A stretch of 64,000 nucleotides of DNA from Schmidtea polychroa. Lineage: Eukaryota. The notes beneath the pieces were generated by a model, which saw only the letters and a list, made by a program, of their open reading frames with translations, did no database searches and was not told the origin of the DNA. Position numbers and translations under genes: made by a program. The stretch is from the NCBI GenBank assembly GCA_044892525.1, contig CM097885.1:53074001-53138000 (forward strand), in the 5' to 3' direction. Shown here in pieces: positions 46,717 to 58,600 of the stretch. Position 1 is the stretch's first letter. The number at the start of each line of letters is the position of its first letter.

Positions 46717-49707
46717 CAGTGGCGTAACTAGAGGGGGGGGGGGGCAAGGGGGGACATTTGTCCCCGGGCGCCAAAATTAGGGGGCGCAAAATTAGGGAAG
46801 CCAATTTGGAACAAAAATTAAGTAATAAATTATTCTTAAGATCTAAGAGATTAATATATTTTTTATTACTTCATTAGTTTCTTAGAATAGATGTGCGTGC
46901 ATTCAGTTATTTGCAATATTTACTTATACGTGTATATTTAGTTATACGTGTAGTGTATAAATAAAAACACAAAAACTTTATTATTTTAAATTTTAGTACG
47001 TTTACGTTATAGCTAATCCATTTTTAGTCATAATACTAAAAAAAGGTAAGTGTTATAATATATATACTTTATTTATTCTCTACGTAAATAATACAAGACA
47101 AGTAGTTACTAAATTTGTAATTTTAAAAATTACATTGATTAACCGTGTTTTTTGTTTTAAAAAATTTAGAAAAAAGTATCATCATGTCTGGAAGAAAACT
47201 TAGCGGCGCTGAAAATAGAAAAAGAAAAAGACAACGAGAACAAGAAGCAAATAAATCAAAACTTTCAATGATAACATTCTTAAACAAGAGCGAACAGCGG
47301 CATACAAAAACTGAAGAAAATGCAGAAAAGAAAACCAATGAAACTGATGACGAAACAGAAGAATATTTAGAAAAACAACCAGAACAATTACGAAAAAAGC
47401 AAAAACTACTTGAACTTCATGAGGAAGAATATTGTGATGGACGTTCGACGTCTTCGTCATGGTTTACGCGTAAAATAGCCAATGAGCAAGGAAACGAAAT
47501 AAACCGATCTTGGTTACTTTATTCACCGAAGAATAAAGCAGCATTACGAGATTAAACTTTGAAACTGCTGATGGATTTACGAAGTGGAAAAAAAAGGAAA
47601 AACTAAATATTCATGAAAACGGCTCGAATCATCGTAAATCATTTAGTGATTGGAAAGAAGCAGAGCGGCGACTGTCACAAGGAAAGGGAATTGATTGCGA
47701 ATTAGAAAAAGAAATTCAAAGAGAAAAACAACGATGGCGTGATGTATTAAAGCGTATACTGGCTTGTATTAAGTACCTTGTCACCCAAAACTTACCGTTA
47801 CGAAGACATATAGAAAGATTACCATCCGATGATTCTGTTGACAAAATCAATGTAGGAAATTTTATATCTTTAGTTAATTTGTTATCGCAGTTTGATCCTA
47901 TTCTTGCAAATCATTTAAATCAAACAAAATATTCACTCGGATCTGTTTCATATCTATCGCCAAAAATTCAAAACGAATTTATTAATATCCTGGCTTCAAC
48001 TGTTAGAGATAGATTGATTAATGACATCAATCGAAATAAATATTACGGTTTAATGTTAGATTCCACTCCCGACATTTCCCATCGAGAACAAATGTCTCAA
48101 GTTATTAGATATGTCGATATTGATTTTATAAACAAAAAAGTAATAATTAAAGAATCGTTTTTAGGATTCATAGAATTACATGCAAAAGATGCAGGTTCTA
48201 TGGAAACCGTTATAATAAAAAAACTAAACTCAGATAACATACCTTTGGAAAATTGTAGATCTCAGTGCTACGATAATGCTTTTGTAATGGCTGGAAACAT
48301 ATCTGGCGTTCAAAAACGTATTACTGAAATAAATCATCGGGCAATATTTGTAAATTGTGATAATCATTCTTTGAACTTAGCTGGAGTTAACTGTGCTAAA
48401 GAAAATTCTCTTTTCATAAGTTTTTTTGGTATAGTTGAAAATATATATACATTTTTTTCTCGATCAACTTTACGATGGGAACTGTTAAAAAATACTCTTA
48501 AAAAAACTGTAAAACAGGAATCCGAAACAAGATGGAGTGCAAGATTTGAAGCTGTTAACGCTATTTTTGAAGAATTTGATAAATTAGTCACACTTCTTGA
48601 AAAAATGGCAGAAGATTTACAAAATTCACCAGAAACAAGAAATGACGCAGAAATGTTATTAACTAACATTCTTAACTTTAATTTTATAGTTTTGATCCGA
48701 TTCTGGGTTAATATTTTAAGACGTATTGATCGGGTACAAAAACGTCTTCAAAATCCGACCATGAATTTTAATGAAGCTTCAAAAGATCTACAATCATTAG
48801 TTGTTGATTTCCGACAAATACGAAGTGATTTGTGCCACAATTGCATTATTGAGGCAAAGGTGAAATGTCAACAATGGGATATTAAAGTGGAACGTCGTAT
48901 CAGAAAACGTCGCAAATTTCCAGGAGAACTTGCCAAAGATGCTGGATTAAGTGCAGAAGAAGAAATTGATTGCGTAATGAAGAGCGCGCTTGATCGACTG
49001 GACAGCGAAATTGACAAAAGATTTGTACGCTTAAAAGAAGTTGATAATAATTTTGGATTTCTATTAGATATACAAACTTTATTGGGTACAAAAGATACGG
49101 ATGCATTATTGGAATTAAAAAATAAATGCAAAAATTTGGGAGATTTTTACAATACAGATTTTAATGGAACAGAATTGTATCATGAGATATGTGACTGCAA
49201 AATGTTATTAAATTGTCGTAGAGATATAATTCCACAAACTCCATTGGAACTTATTTCGTTTATAATTTCTTACGGATGATGTATTTCCCAATTTGAGAAT
49301 TGCCCTACAAATACTTCTTACAATTTCTGTATCAATTGCCAGTTGCGAAAGATCTTTCACTAAATTAAAATTAATTTTATCGTATTTAAGAGCAGCTATG
49401 ACTCAAACACGGCTGAACGATTTAGCTCTTCTGAGCATAGAAAGAGAAATGTTTGAAAAAATTGATTTTAATGAGATTATAGATATTTTTGCCACGACAA
49501 AAGCCAGAAGAATTAATATTTAATGTTAAACTGTATTTTGTCTAAGTCAATAAATATTATTTATACGCTTATTAAAATCTGTTAAACCTGTTTCGTTATT
49601 CTTCATTAATATTCTTTAAAAAAATTAAATTAAATATATAGATATATATAAGGGGGCGCTAATTTCTCAGTTGCCCCCAGGCGCAAGAACCTCACGGTAC
49701 GCCACTG
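46717..49707 (+). mobile_element. hAT transposon (ZMYM1/Tip100-like transposase), ~3 kb
   Basis: CAGTGGCGTA TIRs and perfect 8-bp TSD GATGGGAG; inserted between gag and protease of the Gypsy element. Confidence 0.95.
47184..49523 (+). pseudogene. hAT transposase pseudogene
   Basis: YLSPKIQNE, LDSTPDISHREQ, QCYDNA, CDNHSLNL, ETRWSAR, CERSFTKLK and RLNDLALL motifs; breaks near 47555 and 49279. Confidence 0.92.
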
Positions 49708-50581
49708 GATGGGAGAAATCGGAGTAAAGTAATGTTGAATAATGCCGAAACAGAGATGTTATGGGACTCTGGAGCATCAGTAACAGTCATGAGCAAGAAT
49801 TTGTGGGGGAAAATAGGCAAACCAGAACTTCAACGTAGTAGATATTATTATGCGGCGTTTTTTTGACTGGAGATGAAGAAGCAATGGGATACATGACTAT
49901 ACCGGCTACATGGAATCAGAGTAGTAGTGGTAAAAGAGATCAAACCCGAATTCATAGGTGGCATTGATTCAATGAAAGAGTTTGGAGTAAAGTTAGTGAA
50001 AATCAATAATATAGAAACGTCATTGACTAACAAAATTTACACTGATGAAGAAAGAATAAATGAAGCACTAGTGGCGATGGCAGGTGAGAATAGTAAAGAT
50101 ATTGAAGGAATGATCAGGGAATACGGCAGAATTTTTATTTGATCTGGGATTTAGAAACTTAGTTCGACATGAGATGTGGATAATAGGAGGCCAAATAATG
50201 CAACATCTTCGACGTCAACCAATGTACATGGAGAAAAGGATTAAAGAGATGATAAAAGAGTTAATGAAAGCAAATGTTATTCGATGTTGCAAAAGTCCAT
50301 GGAATGCTCCGTTAGTGATAGTACGGTAAGAAAGATAGATCCATCAGAATGTGTGTAGATTGTCGTGGATTGAATTCCATAACAGAAAAGAAGTCATTTC
50401 CGATGCCTAATACTTACTAGACTCTCTCGCAAATGCAAAAATATTTTCGTCAATCGATTTAGGTCTAGTGTATTTTCAAGTAGAGCTGGCTCCAGAATTT
50501 CAAGAAATGACTGCATTCAGTACGAGAGGACAATTTTGCTTCAATAGACCACCGTTTTGCTCTATATATATATATATATTT

Positions 50582-51350
50582 GTTGGAGTTAGCGCAAAAA
50601 CCAAAAATTTATATATAAAAGAAAAGCATAACAAATAATGTTAAAATCAATAAAAGTGCAAAATTCATTAAAATTTACTAAAAATCAAAAATCAAAATTA
50701 AACGGGTATGGTTGAACGCCAAATTGATAGACGAGTTCAGAAATAATATTATAAAAATTTAATAAGGTGTTCACAGGGAAAGTTAATGCGAAAAAACAAA
50801 TCAATTAAAATTAATTAATCTGTAATGGAAAACCCGAGTCAATGGAAGCCCGAGCCCATGGGAAACCCGAGCGCCATAGGAAACCCGATTCGCAGTGAGA
50901 CTCGAGAAGTGAGATAAAAATTGGAATATTTTGAGCCCTAATCAAGGATAAACAAATTAGAAACCCAAAAATATTGATTTAGGATAATTTAGCGCAATTT
51001 TCTAGATAATTTGCCTCTTATGAAAAGTATAAAAAGGGAACTCAGAAGTGAACAAGCCGCCATTTGGTCGAAGAGAGAAAAGAAAAGCAAAGAAGCACAA
51101 TCCGGCGATCAATAATTTGAAAGAGAAACATATTAATTTAAACGAGTCTCGAACCAGGAAAGGTGATTACCCCTTGGGTTTTTCTACCTTATCGAGTGAA
51201 AAGTATATATAGAGAGAAAGGTGCAAATAGTATCAAATTGTAATTGTGATAAAGATTTAATAAAAAGTATTCTGTGTTGGGTTTGAGTTATTTAGCTGAA
51301 TAAGAACACGAGGAGTCAGAGAAATAGCCAACTTTCAATTAAAAACCAAC
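50582..51350 (+). mobile_element. Probable solo LTR inserted in a (TA)n tract
   Basis: GTTGG...CCAAC ends, TA repeats on both sides, GGAAACCCGAG repeats, TATAAAA (~51028) and AATAAA (~51259). Confidence 0.55.
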
Positions 51351-52680
51351 TATATATATATTATCTAATCTTTGATTTGCCTTCCTTTTTTAATCATGAT
51401 TGTCCATCTGCATTCGAGTGTTCTTCGCCTTTCCGATATTTTAGTTCAAAATCATATTCCGACAGATTAGCTAACCATGTTTGGAACTGCGGACTGATTG
51501 TCGTTTTTGTATTGTTAATGAAAACCGATGCATTGTGGTCGGTGTGAATTATGAATTATTTTCCGTATAGATATTCTCTAAATGCATGACGTATTGATGT
51601 ACTGTGAGCAGTTCTTTTCTGGTTACACAGTATCTCTTTTTATGTGATGACATATGTCTCGAGCCATAAGCTATGATAGATTCTTTGACAGATTCTTTGA
51701 TAGATTCTGTAATTTGACTCAAAACTGCATCAACGGCACCGAAACTAGGTCTGTGTTTAGGATAAAAGTCCTATCTTATCTTGAAAAATCAAGGATAGGT
51801 GCCTCGCACAACCGTCTCTTCAGAGTTTAGAAGCTCTCATTGCATTCTTTAGTCCAAATTATATCTTTACCTAGAATAGAGTTCACTATAAATAGCATTT
51901 GAGAAAATTTAAGGACGGAGTGTTAACCTACACTCTAACCTGAAACAAGCCGAGATATCAAGAAACGAAAGAATGGAAGACGCGAGATTTAACTCGATTA
52001 AAGTCGCAGACACTATGAGAGCTATGGATAAGACAAAGAGGGGCACTCGTGTTTTCGAGGTGGGTAGGAAGTACTTGTACGTAAAGAACCGCAAAACAGG
52101 CGCAAGGATGGTATGCAATTCGATGGCCCATATAAAATCGTCAGATTTCCATCACCTTATGGAGTCGAACTACATTCACATGAAGGAACGAAAGAAAGAA
52201 GAATCGAGTGGCTGAAGAAGTGGATAAATTCTTAAGAAGGGGAGAGTAAGATATCTGAATTTGTTTAAATAAGTGAGTTGTCACGTTTTTTGGAAAATTA
52301 AAAACTTGTTGTATAATAATAAATTTGTCGGATTTGAAGAATTTTAAAACCGAGTTGGATTTAACTATATAGTTCTACATAAACTAAAATAACTACAATC
52401 TTCAATATTGTATTTATCTTAAGAATAAAGGTTCAATTATTTTTTGTAAATTAAAGTTATTTAAAAAGTTTTTTCAACAATGAAACAAAATTTAAATATG
52501 ACAATCTAAATTATAATTTCGTTTGTTTTAATTATTCAAATATAAGGTCAATAAATTTACAAGATAGGAAACTGTATACAACGACAGTAGTTAATCGATG
52601 CCTGTCCAATCAGATTTTCATACCATAGTAAGTATCTTTAATTACGGAATTTCATACTTACGTATTAAATTGTATCATAG

Positions 52681-55600
52681 ATGTCTACAGATATCGAACT
52701 CTATCAACCAACTGACCATTTTAGAAAATTAGCTCATTTAAAAAGTATGGATGATTATCACAAATTATATGAAGAGTCAATAAAAAATCCTGATAAGTTT
52801 TGGTCAGATTTCGCTGAACAATTTTTCTGGAAACAAAAACCTGATAATCGTAATGTTTTGCAATATAATTTTCATCATGCACGTGGACCGATATATGTAA
52901 CTGCATTTAAAGATGGAACAACCAATCTATGTTATAACGTTCTTGACAGATTTATTGAACAAGGAATGGGCGATAAAATAGCATTTTATTGGGAAGGAAA
53001 TGATCCTATGGATTTTAATAAATACACATACCATTATTTGTATACTGAGGTTAAGTTTTGTATAATTTTATCATATAATATTTAAATATTGAGGTATGTT
53101 GATTAAAACGTTTTGTATTTAGGTATGCAAATTCGCTAAATTATTGCGAGCGAAAGGAATTAAAAAGGGGGATCGCATAGCAATATACTTGCCAATGATA
53201 ATAGAATTGCCTATTGCAATGTTAGCTTGTGCAAGAATAGGAGCAGTGCATCTAGTCATATTTGGTGGATTTTCAGCAGAATCTGTAGCAGAGCGAATTT
53301 CTGATGGAAAGTAAGGCTTTTAATTATTGGTTTTTCTCTTGTGAAGAAAAAACAAATATTGTCTAAATTAGGAATAGGGAAGAAAATAATCGATATTAAA
53401 TAAAGAATTACCAGCTATTATTATAAACATTTTCATTGGTTGAAATAATTACTCTGCGCTTGATGCAATTTTACCGATTGAATTTATTAATCTATTTATA
53501 GAATTCATCTCAAAACAAATGAAATTTTTTTTTATTTTTTAATTAAAATTTTGATTTTTAAAAACAAATTATGAAAAATGTGAGAATTCATATTTTTTCC
53601 AAATGTTATTTTTCTAGTAATTTTATGGCGTCATAAATCGCCGTTTGTGTAAACTTAGTAAACAAAATTTTGTAATAAATGATAATTAATTATAATGATA
53701 TTTTTTAATGTGATATAAAAATTTCTTCAGTTCAAATTATTGTGGGAAATTCAATATTTTTGTTGCTTTTAATTCTTTTCTTTAATTCTTTCGCTGCTGT
53801 TGGCGCCTATATGTGCTCGTTAATATCTATACTTATGTATAGTTTAAATGGAAACATTAGGCTTGTAAATAATCGCACCAAAAGTACTTCACCGAGGCTC
53901 TATGGATAAGCGAAAGAAATAATTCCTAGTAAAATAAAAATCAATATAAAATGTTCAGTAACGAAAGGGTTCAAGTAAAAATATCGACCAGTGCCTATAG
54001 GTCAGTGGAAGAGTTAATCATATTATTTTACCTGTGTTAGCTTCCTATCAGTATTATCAGAAATATTAGTAAGAATTGAATTTACATATAAAATTTTTAC
54101 ATTATTCAATATTTCTATAATTAATTTAATGCACTGGTAATGCTCCTCTCCTATGTCTTCAATGTCATTTGAATTAGTAGTTGAGTATTATTATAAAAAA
54201 TCTCTATTTTTATAACGACCATCGCAAGAACTGATGGGGTTTATCCATGACAGTCAGCAACAATGCAATCCTTTATTAATTTACTACTGTACATGATATT
54301 ATTATATTTCTTGCTTTTGATATAAATACATAATATAAATACATAATTAAGATTATATAGGATGGTAGTAGCCATGGCCATACCCATTTAAGTTCTATGC
54401 AATTATAATTTCCTTAATTTATACTGTCTATTCGAGAATAATTTTTGGTTGTATTTCAAAGACTAGACAATTCCTAGTCGATGTACTGTGCTTATATTTC
54501 GTTACCTTGTATGGTTAAGATCTCAGAATTTAGTACCATAAACTTTATAATAAATAATTGTCATTAATTTAATCAAAAAATGACATCGCTTTTACAAATC
54601 TACTACACTAATTAAAATGCCAATAACAATGTCAAAAGCATAACTTATTGTAAGGGGATCGAAGCATATCACGCAATTCCAAAGACTTACCTAGTCATGC
54701 AATAAATTATTAAAAAATTACAACCAGTCCCTTCTAATAACAAATTCTGGATACGTTAATGAGTATCACTTAAAATTTGCTCCCTTAATATATTTATAGA
54801 TATCCTTTATATATTATTAAGTTTTTTTCATTGTATTCACATGTATTTGTATGCATCGAAATAAATGGATAAACTATTCTCTCATAGACCTATAACAATA
54901 AAGATAAAACAAAAAAATTTCAGGATTTATAAAAATTATATTTAATTCTTATTTTTTTCTTGCCCCGTGGAATACAATGGTTTTTTATTGAATAAAATAT
55001 TAATATATCTTGGTAATATATTTACTTGCATGGCTTTATATATAAAACTGATAAAGAAATTGGTATTCTATTCAAAGTGCTTATTTCAATATTTTAACCA
55101 TTTTAAGGCTTGAAAAAATAGTTCTTTATATCTTAAACATACAACTACTGAAATTATTTACTTTCGTCAAATAAACAGCAATTTGCAATTATTATTATTA
55201 ATTATTATCATCATCATTGTTAGAAGACGTAGTATTATAATATTTATTTACGAAATTCTAAACCGCAACATGCAATCGTAATTTATCGTACTTCCAATCG
55301 GATAATATAGAAAATGGAGTATTATTAGTATAAGCGATATTATTGATACAGATCACATACATACTTACTTCATTTCATTGCACAAACAAACTTTCACACA
55401 TCAGTCATCAAGCATCGAGGTCATAGTGACCTAGTTATATCATTAGTTTTGTATAAATTATTATTATCACCTTATAATCATTATTAGCAATTAACCATCA
55501 AAAATGATGAGAAAAAAAAGGAAAAATAGTAGATTTCAAAAATTACGATTTTAAAAGTTGAATTATCACCTAAATCGAGTAAACTCAATGAAATTAAAAT

Positions 55601-58600
55601 ATTGATATTTTTACATAATATTATTTACGATATTATTAATACATTCTCATATCTTATCTTTGTTTGTTATGCCTATCTGTTCTGTAGTAAATTAGAAAAA
55701 TAATAGATTTAAAAAATTACGATTTTAATCACCTAAATCGAGTAAACTCAATGAAATAAAATATTGATATTTTTACATAATATTATTTACGATATTATCA
55801 ATACATTCTCATATCTTATCTTTGTTTGTTATGCTTATCTGTTCTGTAAAGTAGAAAACAACCAACTCTTTTACACGTATTTAAGGCCTTCCTTTTTTGT
55901 AAAATTTATTTAATTATTAAAAATTCACGTTTTACATTAGGCACTATTGTGCATTGCTATAATGTTGGGTAATTATTAATTATTGGGTAATCCCCTTTTT
56001 TGACAAGAATTCTTTGACTTGGTATCCAGAGTTGTATAAAAACTTATAAAAAAATTTGAACTGCTATAACAGATTTTTTAATAAAAAGTCAACAGCGCAA
56101 TAAATTTCGGAAAGTAGTTTGACAGTTCAAAACAGTATTACCGAACGAAAGTCTCCATTAAAGAGCATAACGGGTGTGGATATTTTTTGAAGTGATGGTG
56201 ACCTTGGTCCAGTTCGTCACCCAAAATTGCTCTTATTATCAAATAGCGACGAATTATTATGTAACTAAATATTATTTCTGTTTTTAATTTTGGATTAACA
56301 GATTTCGTTTTTTGCTTGCTCTACTTATCTTTACCCGTGAATTATGTATTTTAAGTTTTATTACTCGATTAAAAATTATATGTAATACAGTAAACCCTCC
56401 AACTGCGCGGTTTTTCATTGCGCGGTTTCGCAATTGCGCGGCCAAACCTTTAATACCAAAATTTCGATCTGTGCGCTAAAAATTTCGTAGCTGCGCGGTT
56501 TTTTTTGTTTTTGTCTATTTTAACAAGAAAAATCATGTCAATTTAATTTTTTATGGTGAATCCCGTAAAACTTGGTAGTCAACTTGAACAGCAAGCTCTT
56601 AATATAGACCCTGATATGGAGCGTGCCTTAAAATTTCGGAGAAATCTGACAGCAGCTTTAGCACCATATGCTGAAATTTATAAAGAAAAACAAAAAGCTG
56701 GTAAGCAATCAGTGTTAACAAGCTTTTTTCAAAAAATTATACAATCACAGCCAATAGAATCAAGCTCATCAGCATGTAGCAGTGATTAATATAACGTTAC
56801 TTATGTTAATTCTTATTTATGTTTAGTCGTTGAATTGAGACTGTTTTTTAGTTCTTGTATTGTTTTTTATAATTTTTATTTATGTTAAATTTTTATTAAT
56901 TTTTATAATAGTAATATTAATTATGTAAAAGCAATGAATTGAGACTGTTTTTATTAGCTTTTATGTTTATATAAATGTAAATATGTATATTAGTCGTTGA
57001 ATAAAGACTTTTTATTATATTTTTTAATATTTTTGTAATATCTGGAACCTAACCCCATAATTACATATAAAATCGGGTTCACAGTGCGCGGTTTCGGTTT
57101 GCGCGTTGTTTTTGTGGAACGTATCTACCGCGCAGTTGGAGGGTTTACTGTATGATTTCTTGGTATCAACATTAATTAAATTTTAAACAATTAAATGATA
57201 ATTTAAGCCATTTATAGTGAAAAAAACAAAAAATTAATGAATTTTAAAAAGTATTATTTATTTTAATTCAACAGTAATTTCTGTAATCAAATTAATTAAA
57301 TCATTATAAATATTAAATCAGTACTTTTAGTTCATCACTGACTGACTATGTAGCGCTATTATACTTTATATATAAGAATATAGGAATAATTTGCAGAAGA
57401 GATTTCAAAATTTTACAAAAAAAATTTCGTTTTATTTATTATGATCATTTGATCACGTTGTCATAAATTTGGGCACCCCAATATTTTCACACGACCAATT
57501 GTATGTGGCTTTATCACTACCAAGTGAATCGAATATTATTTAATGACCAGAAACAATTCACACTCAATGTAGTTTTTGAGGAGGCTCTTCATTAAATTTG
57601 CATAATTTTTATTATATTAAATTGAAGTATTTGTTATTTTGCAACGGGTTCCTTAAAACTAACTATACCATTTTAGTTTCAAAATGAGAATAGTAAACCT
57701 CAAAATGAAAATAGTAAATTTCAATATAAGAATAGTATTTATAAAATTTTGTTTAATTTTATAAAAGTTTATATATAAAAATTAAGTGATAGGTTATTGA
57801 TCATATCATAAGAAAAATAACTCTCAAGACAACATTGGTGTCAAAAGTATGGCTCAAGAAAGTAGTGATTAATAGACAGCAATTTTATTACAATATTTTT
57901 GTCAATGTTATTTTTAATTTGCACTATATATTTCAGTGAAAACACAAAACATCAACATTGTTATTGCTGAATGTTTTATTTTGTTACAAAACAAAGAAGC
58001 AAAAGAGTTGAATCAGAAATATTGTATACTTACCTGGCGCGAAGAGAAATCTTCGCGTCTCCTACATAGTACTGATGAGAGCCAAAAGCTCGAAACTAGT
58101 CTACTATTGGGATTTGCACTGGGTATCACAAAGCTTGTAATGTTTATAAATAATTATATATTATTATTATTATAGAGTTACTATATTATAGTAGTATATA
58201 TTATTATTTATTATTATTATTTATAAATAAGATTTGATAATTTTAAATGAACAATTTCAGCTGTAAAATACTTGTTACTTGCGATGGAGTGTGGCGAGGC
58301 AAAAAATTGATTGATTTAAAAGTTATATCTGATCAAGCTATGAAAATTTGCGAGAAAAAGGAATGCCCCGTTGAAAGTTGTATTGTAGTTAAACATGTGA
58401 CATGTTCTGGTATTGGTAAATGTACTGAATCAGCAGGATGCCGACCAGCAAGGTGAGCCTGTATTTCATTTTTTACTGAAATTAAATTTTATTAAAATAA
58501 AATAATTAGAATGACATACCTGTATTTCAATGACATATTCTGTATTTCAATTTTTGTGTATCTTGATATAAATGGAAAAGGTTTTGAATGAAATAAATTA

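Larger units (their letters stand above)
45728..52379 (+). mobile_element. Decayed, rearranged Ty3/Gypsy element with nested insertions
   Basis: Gag with CLICGKKGHGFRDC knuckle (46258-46446); protease LWDSGASVTV (~49760); RT (50200-50560); RNase H on the minus strand (51360-51850); PPT AAGAAGGGGAGAG (~52234). Confidence 0.8.

Noticed and set aside
47344..47357. CTGATGACGAAAC hammerhead-like core
   Set aside because: No stem II or flanking helices; lies in transposase coding sequence.
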